NCBI GenBank assembly: GCA_964016885.1
Contig: OZ024761.1
Location: forward strand, 744,001-808,000
Reading direction: 5' to 3'
Source of the DNA: Eledone cirrhosa
Taxonomy: Eukaryota
DNA: 64,000 nucleotides
Positions 12,090 to 27,003 of this stretch are shown piece by piece. The position numbers were made by a program, and so were the translations under genes. Within the stretch, counting starts at the first letter, position 1. The number at the start of each line of letters is the position of its first letter. Under the pieces are notes generated by a model. It was not told the DNA's origin. It saw only the letters and a list, made by a program, of their open reading frames with translations, and made no database searches.

Positions 12090-12647
12090 GACTACATGAT
12101 GATTTCTCCCGAATGAAACAGTTCTAGTCCTGTAAAAGCCATTTCTATATTAAATATTTATACTCTGCTTTGTATTGAGTACCTTACTTACTGTGGTTAC
12201 CCCTGATCGAACCCGAGATAAACATATGTATATATATATACACACACACACATATATATATGTATATATGTGTGTTCATATATATATGAAACCAGTAAAA
12301 TCTCTCCTTAATATGGAGAAGATGAAAGATCAGTAATAGTAGTGGTATTAGAAGGGGTGAAGGAGAGGTTATGAAGGATTGTTAGTGGAAATAAGGTTTT
12401 GATGGGAGAAGAAAACAAATAATTGGCGGAAGCAAAGGAGAAAAGGGTCAATAAAATAAAAAATAAAAAAAATAAAAAAGGAATGAAGAAGGAGGGGTTA
12501 AGGGAGAGAGAGGGGGGGAGAGAGCGATAGTTTGAATATGAGTGAGAGTGATACATTGAGCATGAGTGTGAGCAAGAGAGAGAGGGCTTTTTTTTTTTTT
12601 TTTTTTTTTTGTACGATGAAGCAATTGAGGACACGAGGTTCACTCAC

Positions 12648-12755
12648 TTTGACTTCCCTTCTTTCCCCTGCACTCAGTCTTATACTGTTCCTTCAACTTG
12701 GAGATAAGCTGCTGATCAACGGCCCAGTCCTCAGTTGGTGACAGGTCTTTCTTCT
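12648..12755 (-). CDS. STRN3: Striatin exon 9 (symmetric, possibly cassette)
   Basis: caatag|AG...CAAA|gtgagt; 108 nt, phase 1-1; EKKDLSPTEDWAVDQQLISKLKEQYKTECRGKKGSQ resembles STRN3 DKDDLSPTAEVWDVDQGLISKLKEQYKKERKGKKGVK. Confidence 0.95.
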
Positions 12756-13027
12756 CTATTGTAACAACAACAATACACACAGACATACAGACAGATAGAT
12801 TTATATATATAGAGAGAGAGAGATAGACAGACTGACCACATCACATGTGGTGGTTTGTTAGAGCAAAAGCAAATATAAAAGGGTGTCACACAATTTAGAG
12901 AGAGAGAGAGAGAGAGGGGACAGGAAAACAAACAGCAGGGTATCTGAGACCTGAGTTAGGGCCAGGGCCAAGGGAAAGTTGTGGCAGGAGAAGTATGGAG
13001 ATGTAATCTAATAGTACATTGTGTGTG

Positions 13028-13095
<68 letters not shown>

Positions 13096-13406
13096 GGTGT
13101 GTGTATGTGTATGTATATATATATATACTGAATAATCAAAGGTCCACTTCAAAGGTTAAGATACCTGCAGCTGAAGATGGCAAGGGCAGCAGAGCATAAG
13201 TATTTAATGGTGAATAAACCAAGGATTTTAAATTAAATCCAAATGTTTATGCTCGGCTGCCCTCAATTTGTTAAACTGCAGGTATATTACTAAACCTTTG
13301 AATTACACCTTTGATGAGACTCGGATTCCTGCTTGCTGTTGCCCTCAATTGAACATTGAACTTTTCACACCTGACCAAAAATTAGTGGACTCCTCCACTA
13401 TATATA

Positions 13407-13459
<53 letters not shown>

Positions 13460-13614
13460 CAGGGTTGGGTAAGGGAAAGATTGGAGTGGAGTGGGATGAG
13501 AGAAGGTGTCTCGCAAACAATAAGTACTTTGTACTGGATTGTTGTTATTTATTATAAACATTTGAAAAACACAACACCGGAGATAAACACACAAACCACT
13601 TCACCACGCATCAT

Positions 13615-13985
13615 CAGCTAACATCTGCCCTTGCAAACATCTACCCTAAATACTATAACTCTAACATCTGTCCCAGCTAACATTTACTGTAGCTAACATC
13701 TACCCTAGCTAACATTTACCATAGCTACCATTTACTCTAGTAAACATTTGCCGTAGATACTATAACTGTAGCTAACATCTACCCCAGTTAACACCTACCC
13801 AAGTTAACATCTACCCTAGATATAACTCTAGCTAATATCTGCCCTAGTTAAACTCTGCCTAAGCTAACACCTACCCAAGCTAACGTCTACCCCAGCTAAC
13901 ACCTACCCAAGCTATCATCAACCCAAGCTAACATCTACCCCAGCTACTACAATTCTAGTCAACATCGACCTAACTAGCATTTCCC
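13615..13985. repeat. Degenerate minisatellite of about 19-20 bp
   Basis: Recurring gctaacatctaccc. Confidence 0.8.
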
Positions 13986-14824
13986 TAATTAATAAACTTC
14001 TTGTATGACATATGCACAATAGTTAGAGAGGCAGATCGAGACTGGCGAGCTAGACAAAGGCATCATTTGCAGCATTATGGACTGCCACCAGGCTGCTGGG
14101 AAAATGTCTGAGTGGGTCCTTCACGTGGTCCAGCCTGTATGAAATTCATTCCAAATATTTGTTTCTAGTTTTGAAATAATTGTTTCTAATATTATTGCAA
14201 AGCCACATAAATCAAACATAGATCAAATCTCCTTCAAAATCCTACACTTATTTTCTTGAGCAAGGGAAAAATAATCACACTATATTTGACATAAAGGCAG
14301 GTTGGTCATTGCTGAAATACCCCTGATCAATCAGAAATATAGGGAACCAATAATTGGTTTATTGAAAACTTGCAACAAATAAAGCCACTGTAATACAAAA
14401 GTAAATAAAAACAGAGAAAAAGAAAAAAAGTTATTTAAATCTTTTTCACACTAAACCATCCTTGTTTCTATTATACAAAATTGATTTTAAAGTGTTTATA
14501 TTTACGTATAAATTTTGCCATCGTTATTTAATGCAAGAACCCCAGTTGAGTTAGTCTGTAAGCACCAACTTAAAACGTTTTGATACCATAATACCTGAAA
14601 ATGCCCCTGATTGCATGACACAATTTTTTTTTCTTTTAAAGCGTTTATATGTATATAAAGTATTGATATAATTTTACATATAAGAACTTTTGTTAAGTTA
14701 TGTTCCAAACACCTGCTTAATAATGAGAAAGTTAGTTGTATTCCTAAATCCTCCCAAATTCTAGGTTATTTTGAAAATTATAGCCCGTGTTTTTTATCAA
14801 GAATATTGTAATGAATGGGTCAAC

Positions 14825-15500
14825 TGTCTGTTTCCTTGAGCAATGGATTAAGTCTAAGACTAAGGTGTAGGATTATGTCTATGACCCAAATGCCAGGTGG
14901 TGGTGTTAAACTGAGCGATGGATTAAGTCTACCACCCAAGGGTCAGGTGTGGTGGTGGTGGTGTGAAACTGAGCAATGGATTAAGTCTACCACCCAAGCG
15001 CAAAGTGTGGTGGTGGTGTTAAACCGAGTGATGGATTACGTCAATCATCCAAGGGTCTGGTGGTGGTGGTGTTAAATTGAGTGATGGATTAAGTCAATCA
15101 CACAAGGGTCAAGTGTGGTGGTGGTGGTGTTAAACAGCGATGGATTAAGTCTACCACCCAAGGGTCAGGTGGTGGTGCTTGTCGTGTGAAACTGAGCAGC
15201 AGATTAAGACTACCATCTAAGCGCCAGGTGGTGGTGTTAAACTGAGTGATGAATTAAGTCAATCACCCAAGGGCCAGATGTGGTAGTGGTGGTGGTGGTG
15301 TTAAACTGAGCAATGGATTAAGTCTACCACCAAGGGTCAGGTGTGGTGGTGGTGTTAAAATGAGTGATGAATTAAGTCAATCACCCAAGGGCCAGATGTG
15401 GTGGTGGTGTTAAACTGAGCGATGGATTAAGTCTACCACCTAAGGGTCAGGTGAGGTGGTGGTGTTAAAATGAGTGATGAATTAATTCTACCACCCAACA
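14825..15500. repeat. Minisatellite of about 55-62 bp
   Basis: gtggtggtgttaaactgagcgatggattaagtctaccacccaagggtcag repeated about 11 times. Confidence 0.9.
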
Positions 15501-16303
15501 GATTTGATAATTCATGGAACCCTTGACCCTTCAATCCCTTCATGAAATCTTTAACCCCATCACCAACCCTGATTACTCACCAACCCCAGCCATGTATAAA
15601 CATAAATAAATGAAATAAATTAGTAAGCAGAATAGAAAATCTTCTTCTTTGTGGGGGCAGAGTCCTCAAACACTCCTTCCAGTGGGTCTTATCAGAAGCA
15701 ACCCTCTTCAACTGATCCCCAAGCGAGACCAACCAAGGTCATAGATGTTATCCAACCAACTTGCTTGGGGACTACCCCTGGGTCTCCTGGCAGGCAAACC
15801 CACTCATTGATATCAACCAACTTGCTTGGGGTCTACCCCTGGGTCTCCTGGCAGGCAAACCCACTGATTGATATCAACCACTTTGGGCAACCCCAGTGTA
15901 AGGTAATTAGTACCTGGGCCTTAAAGGAGTGGAAAGCAGAGTTGATTCTAGTATGATTGGAACTTGTAATATTACAAACTGTCTGAAAGTGACAGATTTT
16001 AGAAGAGGTTAAAATCAATTAAGTCACCCCCGTTACATAACTGGTACTTCATTTTATCCACCAGAAGACCACTGCACCATACACCACCCCACCTCACCCC
16101 TACAGTGCTGTGCCTCAAATGATGACAGGTAACTTTGATTTGGCTGAGATTTAAACAGGGAAACGTAAAGAGCCGGATCAAAAGACAACTCTGAAAATGA
16201 TGATGATGATGATGACTACAATGATGATGACAATATTGAGAAATTTTGCCAGCAAATGTTTTCTGATGAAAACCATCAGCTGATATGGATGTAAGAGAGG
16301 AAT

Positions 16304-17362
<1,059 letters not shown>

Positions 17363-17799
17363 TACATAATCAGAGAAAGCTTTTTGCGATACTCCAGCCA
17401 AATTCCAACTCACTCAACAAACATTAGGAAATACCTGAGTATATTCCCAATTAAACGTTTGAGGTGCTAACTAATTGTATTGTGTGGATAATTGGCTGTA
17501 TTATTTCATATGAGATATATCAAAATGTGAAAGAAAGAGAGAGAGAAATAGATAGATAGATAGGAAGAGCAAATGAACAATGGGTGAGTGGACAGGACAA
17601 ACATGTGAAAGAGTGAGAGTGCAGGTGTTCGAGTGAGAGCAGTGTGGCCAGTTGAGTGGTACTTCATGCAAGGGGAAGTGAAATCTAAGTGGGAGATTTA
17701 TGCAAGTTTGCATGTAAGTGAATATGTATGTGTGCATGTATGTACATGCACTAAAGTTACATAATATAGACTTTAACACCACCACAACTAAGTGGGGGT

Positions 17800-18869
17800 A
17801 TACAGTAAATGAAGGAGTTTAAAATTCCCTGTTTATATTTACCTAAAAACCTTCCATCATAATTTTATGTACAAACCTTTCTTAAGTTATGTTCCAAAAA
17901 CCAGCATAAAACTTTTGATAGCAAACCGCCTATAACTGCCCCTTGATTTTTTTATATTAAACTCTTTATTTTAAAATGTTTACATGGATTTCAAAACCTC
18001 CCATCATAGATTTATGTACGAACCTTTGTTAAGTTATGTTCCAAACATCAGATAAATAATAATAAAGTTAATCCTGTTACAAAATCTCTCCAAATTTTCA
18101 AAATTATAGGCAGTGTCTTCCATTTGAAATGTGGCAATGAAAGCATTAAACTGTTTATATTTATCTAAAAAATCTTCCATCATAATTTTAGGTAAGAACC
18201 TTTGTTAAGTTATGTTCCAAACCCCAGTATAATAAAGAGAAAGTTAGTTATATTATTAAATCCCTCTAATTTGTTTGATAATTAGCAGCAATGTCTTTCA
18301 TTAGAAATATGATAACGAAGGAGGGTTGAAAGAATGTTTATATTTATCCTAAAATGTTCCAATACAATTTTATGTTAGAACCTTTGTTAAGTTATGTTCC
18401 AAACATCTGCTTGACATTGAGGAAGTTAGTTATATTACTAAATTCTTTCAAATATTTGGTTATTTTCAAAATCATAGGCAGTGTCTTCAAACTGAAATAA
18501 CATAATGAAAGCATTAAAAGTGTTTATATCTATTTGAAAACCTTCCATCATATTTTTATGTAAGAACCTTTGTTAAGTTATCTTCCAAACATCTGCTTGA
18601 CATTGAGGAAGTTAGTTATATTACTAAATTCTTTCAAATATTTAGTTATTTTCGAAATCATAGGCAAAGCCTTCCAACTGGAATATTGTGATGAAAGCGT
18701 TAAAAGAGTTTATATCTATCTAAAAACCTTCCATCATATTTTTATGTAAGAACCTTTGTTAAGTTCCAAACACCTGCTTAATAATGAGAAAGTTAGTTAT
18801 ATTACTAAATCCCTCCAAATTATTGGTTATTTTCAAAATTATTTCAAAATATGGCAACGAAAGGGTTAA
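17800..18869. repeat. Degenerate tandem array (about 120-190-bp units) ending in a TTAA-type MITE terminus; related copy at 14500-14815
   Basis: aacctttgttaagttatgttccaaac recurs 6 times; ends atggcaacgaaagggttaa. Confidence 0.75.
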
Positions 18870-19816
18870 CCACACAGCCATGTCCTACTCCAATTACTGA
18901 CAACATATAGTATGACTCGGTTACACAATCACCATACCCACACCGACTTACTCTAATAAACCAAACGGTTTCTTCACACTCTCAACACTCTCAAGTCTAG
19001 CAAATGGTAAAGAATGAGAAAGACAGAGGAGAGAAAGAAAAACTGAAAGAAAGAAAGAAAAAAAAAAGGAAACAATTTTTACCGTATACAGGAGGGGGGG
19101 GGGGGGGTTTACAACAAAATCAAAAACAATAAAAATGAAAACAACAAAAATCAAACAAAGAGAGAAGGAGAGAGAGGGGGGAGTCGAAACAAGCTTCAAG
19201 AACATTCCGGACAAAGAAAATAATTTAATCAAGCATAACAAATATAATTGGTAAAAATAGATACAAACAAGAAATAAACTAAAATTAACTAGAACATAAG
19301 ATAGGGTATATATACATATATATACATACATATATATACGTATATGTATATATATATATACAAAAAAAATCATCAAAACAAACAAAATAAAGTACTGCAT
19401 TACAACAATAAATATTTAAAAAAATAAAAACATTAATTAATCAATCAATTAATTAAATAAAGAAACAACTAAATTATTTTTGTCTTCCTTTCATCTTGGG
19501 GGTCGAAGGAATTGGACATATTCTGTGTCTTAAATTTCTGTTTTCTTTAAACATTATTTATACATTTAGCATGACTGCTTTTGTTACAAAGTAGTGCAAA
19601 AGGAGACATTTAAAAAAAATATATATAACATATATATATACATATATATATACTATATACATACATATATATATATGTATGTAAAAGGTAAACAGAAATA
19701 ACAACACAATTGGTACAGTTTATGGAAGGAATATATTAGGTTAACGCTTGAAAAAGCAGGAAGAGGGTCTTAATGTTTCGGACGCTAGTCTATATATATA
19801 TAGAGATAGATAGATA

Positions 19817-20650
19817 TACACGGTGTACCAAAAAAATGCATACACAACTAACTCTTTAAAAATTGCATGAAAGTAAATTCCGTTTGATATGCATTATTTA
19901 AATTACCCCAGGGCGGTGGATTGGTAGTATCGGTAGAGGGTCGGACGCCATGCTTTCTAGCATAGTTACGTCCCTTTACGATCTGAGTTCAAATCCCGCC
20001 GAGGTTGACTTTGCCTTTCATCCTTACGGGGTCGATAAAATAAAGTACCAGTGAGGCACTGGGTAGTTGCTGGCCTTGTGCCTAAAGTAGAAACAATTAT
20101 TTAAATTACCCCATTATTTAAAGGGCGGTGGATTGGCAATATCGGTAGAGGGTCGGACGCCATGCTTTCCAGCATAGTTACGTCCCTTTACGATCTGAGT
20201 TCAAATCCCGCCGAGGTTGACTTTGCCTTTCATCCTTATGGGGTCGATAAAATAAAGTACCAGTAATGCACTGGGTAATTGCTGGCCTTGTGCCTAAAGT
20301 AGAAACAATTATTTAAATTACCCCAGTGCATTACTGGTACTTTATTTTATCAACCCCGTAAGGATGAAAGGCAAAGTTAACCTCGGCGGGATTTATGGTC
20401 TGAGTTCAAATCCTGCTGAGGTTTACCTTGCCTTTCATCCTTATGAGAGTCGATAAAATATAGTACCAGTAATGCACTGTGCCAAAAGTAGAAACAGCTA
20501 TTTAAATTACGTAAACATTTTTGGGTGTTTACATGCAATTGAATTATGTCTGTAGATCATTTTATTTTTGGGAAAGGCTGTGCATTCTAATTCTAATGAA
20601 TATTGCCTGTACAGGTAACAAAGTGTGTATACATTTTTGGAGGGACACCC

Positions 20651-20652
<2 letters not shown>
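19817..20652. mobile_element. Tc1-type MITE (TIR family of 5238) with four nested SINE pieces
   Basis: cacggtgtaccaaaaaaatgcatacaca ... tgtgtatacatttttggagggacaccctg. Confidence 0.75.
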
Positions 20653-20726
<74 letters not shown>

Positions 20727-21289
20727 TAAATATATTGCAAACTGTAAAGGAAACTTGAATCAAAAGCATCAGTAAATTAACGAAAAACAAAACAAGACAT
20801 ACAGGACACACACAACTTACACACTTTCATCTTGCTTTGTAGTTAAATACTCTCAGGTCTTGAATAATGCCCCCCCCCCCCCCCCACTCAATTATTAATT
20901 TTTCAGATGCCCCACCCAACTCCCGCTCATTAAAATTTTGTTAATCTATCTCCAGTGAAATTTTATTTTATGTCGTAGTATTCCTGCGACAATTTTTTTT
21001 AGACATTAAAAAGCATTATATATGCCAAAGAAAGTACATTACTAGAAATCCCATACGTTATAAAATAATATTATGTGTGTGTGTATATATATATATACAT
21101 ATCTGCTCCCCAAGAACATCGAGTGCTCATCTTGGCATTCCACCTGTGAACGCAATTCAATTGCACCGCTACTACCTATATATATATATATATATATATG
21201 CTCAAAGCAAGGCTTGACCATTCCAGTTATACATGATGGTCAGTGCTGGCCTGAGAATCTTCTGTGGCTTTTTTAACTTTTTAAACCAG

Positions 21290-21690
21290 GCACACTTTTA
21301 AAAAGCTGTCCACATAAATTGCACATTAGTTTTGGCCTGTATATCTTGGTGAACTTTGAAATATCTCTTTAGACCTCCTTGAGATTTGCAGATCTTTTGG
21401 CATATGTGGCATTGATAAAGGTGAACTGGTTTGTATATTATATAGTCAGTAGGGAGTGTCCTATTGTATGCTCTTATATGAGACTGAAGTCCAGCCTCAG
21501 ACAGGCAGATTCTGCCACAAACTGTACAAGTAGAGAAAGTTCCATTAATTTCATGTTCCCTTAGTAGGTGTTTTTTCCATATATTCCTCTTAATATTTAC
21601 TTGCATTAGCCTGCTTTGCTCAAAGGTTTCCACAGCATCCCATATTTTCGAACAGCAGATAGAGTGATCCCCTGAAAGATTTTCCACACA
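21290..21690 (-). mobile_element. LINE (RTE-like) C-terminal fragment with C2H2 zinc fingers
   Basis: CTVCGRICLSEAGLQSHIR and CHICQKICKSQGGLKRYFKVH; related piece at 21105-21170. Confidence 0.7.
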
Positions 21691-21958
21691 CCCACATATA
21701 TACATAGACACATACAATATTAAATAAGCAGGTAATGAAAGCAACCACTTGTCAATGTAGATCAGTTGATCTGTGTGTGTATATACACATATATATATAT
21801 GTACCTGCCTATATATGTGTGTGTATATATATATATATTTTTATATACACATGTACATATTTATGTAAACACACACACACACATATATATATGTACATAT
21901 ATATATAAATATATATATGTACATATACATATATATACATATATATATGTACATATAC

Positions 21959-22016
<58 letters not shown>

Positions 22017-22488
22017 TGAAAACATTCCTTTGTTTATCTGGTGGCTTTCATAACCTGGCCTTTATATTTACCGAAAAAAAACATATATCAACATAAAAAC
22101 AAAAACAATATACAGACAGCAACCTCAACTGAAATTTTTATAACAAGAAACAAACAAAAAATTAATTTACAACTTAAAAATAAAACAACAAAAAAAGAAG
22201 AGCAAAGCTTTGATGAAGGCAACCCTGTGCTAAATATAGGGTCGAGTTGTAATACATTCAATAGTGTAGCTGTAACTAAAAACATAGCCAAACCTTTGGA
22301 CATATAATAACTTTGACTACTGAAAAATTAAGCAAAAGTGAACATAATAGACCAGGGATGCCCAACATGAGGTAAATTTAACCCCCAAGGTATAGAAATC
22401 CTGACAACACAGAGAGTAAATTTAAATTTGTGAAGGCACATAGCTTATTGTATTAACGGTGTAAAGGCATGTTGTATAAGCGTCTAGC

Positions 22489-22711
22489 TTAACCCTTTAG
22501 CATTTACATTACTCTATATTTACTATTATATTTTCATGGCTTTACCTCACATAATTATCTCAGATAATATCGAAGCTATGAGATTTCGATATTATTTATT
22601 TGGAGAACAATACCTTAACATCAGTATAAGCAGCCAGTTACGGCCGGTTTGGACGGAAAGAGGTGAAAGAATTCTGGCCGGATATGGCCAGTTTAAATGC
22701 TAATGGGTTAA
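22489..22711. mobile_element. piggyBac-like MITE (TTAA TSD, CCCTTTAGCATT TIR); copies at 23328-23537, 29606-29800, 31007-31222
   Basis: ttaa-ccctttagcattta...taaatgctaatggg-ttaa; shared internal sequence. Confidence 0.82.
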
Positions 22712-22744
22712 ATATCTGAAATTTCAAAAGATGGCAGCTAAAGA

Positions 22745-23037
22745 GCAACATTTTTTCATGCTCAGAGTTGCTGAAGCACGGGACAAACTTCCTGCATCAG
22801 TTGTTAAATGTCGGAACACTGCATCCTTCAAAACTTCCATGATTCCCAAAATTTGCCAACACTACACTTGATCTTCCCCCTCCATACACACACAGGCATG
22901 TATCTGCATGTATATCATGAATTATACACTGTTCACTTTCCTGACATTTGTACATTATTCAATGTACTATACATACACTTTTGATGAGTTGCAATGTACC
23001 TGAGCATTGTACACAATAATTTTCATTATTATTATTA
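22745..23037 (+). mobile_element. CR1-like LINE 3' end
   Basis: FFMLRVAEARDKLPASVVKCRNTASFK resembles the CR1 C-terminus; (ATT)n tail. Confidence 0.6.
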
Positions 23038-23252
23038 TACAGCTCTGAACTAGTTTCTTCAACTGATCTTTTGATGAGGGGATTTTATCCTGAAATATAA
23101 GGACCTATAAAGAACTCCAAGGTAACATCACAACATCATTGTTATCCTTTTATTTTTAACAGTTACTATCCAATTCACATTGTTATAGCTTTCAGACAAA
23201 ACATTATTTTCTACACTTCGCACAATGGTTTAAGCAAACTACATTCTCTTAA
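23038..23252 (+). repeat. Dispersed repeat with degenerate hammerhead (UUGAUGA core); second copy at 25255-25462
   Basis: ucuu UUGAUGA ggggauuuuauccu GAAA uauaaggaccu AUA aaga. Confidence 0.55.
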
Positions 23253-24971
23253 AATAAAATAAATTAAATTTCAATTAAAATTTAATTAGTTTTCTGAAGT
23301 AGGATGTTAAGGGAATTAAAGTGTTCCTTAACCCCTTAGTATTTAAACCAGCCATATCCAGCCAGAATTTTCTCACCTCTTTTTGTTCAAACTGGCTGTA
23401 ACCGGCTGCTCATGTAAAGGTAATGTTCTCAAAATAAATAATATCAAAATCTCGTAGATTCAATATTATGTGAGGTAAAGCCTTTACCATGAAAATACAA
23501 TAGTAAATATAGAGTAATGTTAATGCTAAAGGATTAAGCTAGAAGCTCTTCCAGCTGGAGCATATCTTGGTTTCATGTAGCATTAAGCAACTGGGAGTAG
23601 ATGACTCCCTCCTGATTGGGATACTAGTCTACTGTAAGGTTAACTTCCAGTTGCTGCTATTGGTATTCAGTTTTCAGCTGAATGAAGGACAGAATGTGCT
23701 GTCCAATTCTGGGATTTGAACCCATGAATCTATGAACCTGAGCTCAATACCCTAACCACATGCCTTTGCAAGACCATTCTACCACAATACTGACTTGAGC
23801 CAATGAGGCAGGCTTGTACGTTGTCCCTTGACCTGCCAGAAATAACACCCGACTATCTTCCAAAAAGATGGAATTACCCTGACTAAAGATTCTAAAGTAG
23901 TTCCTCCACTGGTACTTAAATTACTAGAAATAACAGCCAAACCTCCCACCCTCAAATTACACATTGGATATTGGAGTCCTAGGTTGACAACGCCTAGAAA
24001 AAAAGATGGAATGGCACTGTCTGGAAGGTCTACTGACTTTAAACAGACTTCTCGATACCATTGGCACTCACACAATACATTTAAAGTAATAATTAACAAA
24101 AATAGGAAATTAAAATTACATTTTAAATGAGAACATTGATGAATAGTTACATAGAGTTACATTGACACATAGAGTTACGGCCCTTGCTATTCTGAGTTCA
24201 AATCCCGCTGAGGTTAACTTCGCCTTTCATCCTTATGGGGTCGATAAAATAAAGTACCAATAATGTACTGGGTAATTGCTGGCCTTGTGCCAAAAGTAGA
24301 AACAATTATTATTGTCCTTATTATTATCATTACTATTACTAAATTCAGTCACACCACAGCCACAGACGTACAAATATATATATGTATAAATATATATATC
24401 TACATATATATTTGTACATTACATATATTCAAATACATAATATACACATGCATACACACAAACACACACATATATATATATATATATATACATATATATA
24501 GGGTGTGTATATATATATATAGATATATAAAGGGTCCTCCTAAACCTTTGTTTAGCAAGCTTTCTATGGCTGGATGTCCTGCCTAATACCAACCATTTTA
24601 CAGAGTGTACTGGGTACTTTTATTGTGTAGATCACCAGCACTAGAGAGGCTGTCATGTACTTGACACAACTATACACACACACCACCACCATTTAACGTC
24701 CATTTTTCCATGGATCAGCCAGGCCATCCACATCGAGGGACAAGTCTGGTCAGTATTTGGCATGCCATGCCATGCTCTGACAGGACTAAATTTGGCTGGG
24801 GTTTTTACAGTTGGATGCCCTTCATAACACCAACCATATATATATATATATGTATGTATACGCACACACACACACACATACACAGTCTCAATGCATGGAA
24901 ACAAAAAAAAAAGAAAAAATAACACTCCATTAGTCAAAAGTTATGTATAGTGGTAGTAGTATTATATTTAC

Positions 24972-25119
24972 CCCATTCTGTACCATCTCCCTGGCTGCGA
25001 GCCTCTCCAGCGCCTTCACCACTCTCAGACACTAAAAAATCAAACTCTGCAAGGGCTTCTTCAGTTTCTGGGTTTGCTAATACATCTTCCATACCAGCCA
25101 TGCTTTCATTTCCAATGCT
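24972..25119 (-). CDS. STRN3: Striatin exon 8
   Basis: tcacag|AGC...TGGG|gtaaat; 148 nt; IGNE...PETEEALAEFDFLVSESGEGAGEARSQGDGTEW, close to STRN3 DTEEALKEFDFLV...GEGAGEARSSGDGTEW. Confidence 0.96.
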
Positions 25120-25184
25120 CTGTGAAACAAAAATAATTATTTTTATTATACTTACTAGATGAGGGTGACATCTCCCATTTTCTG

Positions 25185-25215
<31 letters not shown>

Positions 25216-25794
25216 CTCTAAACAAATGACGTTCCTTTTCTCTCTATTTATGTATAGCTCTGAACTAGTCTTTTCTTTTAATCTTTGATGAGGGGATTTT
25301 ATCCCGAAATATAAGGACCCATAAAGAACTGTAAGGTAACATCACAACATCATTATTATAATTTTAACATTTACTGTCCAATTCACATTGTGGTAGCTTT
25401 CAGACAAAACACTATTTTCTATACTTCGCACAATGGTTTAAGAAAACTAAAACATTCTCTTAATATATTATATTATCATCATCTTTTTTTACATCCATTT
25501 TTCCATGCTTGCATAGGTTGGATAGGTCCTTCTCAGCACAGCATCTCTTCACTCACTGCATTTCTTCATCATGTCCTCTGCGAGTCTCAGCAATTTGAGG
25601 TCAGCTCTCACAACCTCTACACCAGTCTTTCTTGGTCTACCTCTACTGTGACATCTTTTCACTGACATTTCCTAGCACTTCTTCACTTATCCATCATCAT
25701 TTATCCTTAGATATTATATATTAAATCTAATTAAAATTTAATTAGTTTTATATAAAATATATTTTTATAAAAATGAAAACCAAAGCAATCAGAC

Positions 25795-25867
25795 CTTAAA
25801 TTTTATCTGTTTTTCTGCTCTTTCCTCTGATTCATCATCGGCAGAGATGCCATCTTCGTTCTCATCA
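25795..25867 (-). CDS. STRN3: Striatin exon 7 (acidic)
   Basis: ttgcag|T...AAG|gtctga; 73 nt, phase 2 to 0, needed to keep frame; SDENEDGISADDESEERAEKQIKFK. Confidence 0.88.
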
Positions 25868-26874
25868 CTGCAAAGATAAGATAAAACAAGAATTAACCCT
25901 TCTGGCGTGAGAGCTGGGGATTTTTTATTACATAGTAATAATATATAGTTGAAAGTGTGTTACTTTCAGGGTTGGAAGCATGGACGCTTAATAAAACCCT
26001 CGAAAAAGGACTAAATGGATGTTATACAAGACTCCTAAGACACAAATGAAAACTCTATTCCTATAAAAAATTATCTAAGAAGGTTTTAATTTAATAGGCA
26101 CCCTTTAAAAGGGGTGGTTTTTGTTTCATAGAACCAGAAGCAATTTTGGTTTCAAAAGGGCTTAAGGGTTTTTTAAAAAACAATAGGGAAACTGCATCAC
26201 TAGGTTTACAGTCTTAGGCTGTTTGTTAGGGCTAGCTTTATCAACAAAAGTAGGGAAATGGCAATAGAAATTAATTGCAGAGTAGGCAAAGCTTTGGCTG
26301 CCTTTAAGTAACTCAAGAAGAGCTGGAGAAGCAAAAATCTTTTGCTTGGTACCAAGATGAGATTTTACAACAGTAATATGCTTTCAACAAGGTTACTTCT
26401 TAACATCCTGTAATGATTCAGCAGAAAATATCTCAAATTCAGATGTTTATAGTATCTTTTCTAGTGGACAGATCATTGTGGAAATCTTCAGTAAACTAAC
26501 GTAAATACTTTAATTTTTAATGTGATGCAGTCTCAGTGTTGTTTTGTCCTAAATGCTTACAGTATCTAGTGGTCAGATTGTTGTGAACATTTTCAGTATT
26601 AAACTAAAGACTTTAATTTATAATGTAATGCAGTCATAGTACTGTTTTGTACTTTTCAAGAACGTTTCACTAATGTGGTTCCACAGGGTTTGTTAATTCA
26701 AATATTTATAGTATCTTTACTGGTGGACATATCATTATGAAAATTTGCAGTAAACTAAATTAGGGACTTAAATTTTTAATGTGATGCAGTCATAGTGTCT
26801 TGCTAATTCTGCTGGATGTTAAGAATTAATAAGATGCACTACCAACATTTGTTCTGTCTGATGTGTAAACCTAC

Positions 26875-27003
26875 CTTAAATTATCTTCTCCAATGTCCAC
26901 ATTATCTGTAGATAGGAAGTCAATTGTGGCTAAGACCGAGGCTTCACTTTCTAAAAGAGAAGTCTCTACAAGAGATGCTGAAGACCTGACTTTGGATGGC
27001 GGC
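26875..27003 (-). CDS. STRN3: Striatin exon 6
   Basis: caacag|G...TTAAG|gtaggt; 129 nt; RPPSKVRSS...EASVLATIDFLSTDNVDIGEDNL (resembles the VLETFNFL motif). Confidence 0.92.

Noticed and set aside
12949-13007. Possible extra exon DYISILLLPQLSLGPGPNS
   Set aside because: Poor pyrimidine tract, weak donor, no striatin similarity
22294-22319. Possible 26-nt micro-exon linking to the 45-nt exon and 14050-14133
   Set aside because: Ends in phase 0, so it does not give an open chain; weak donor
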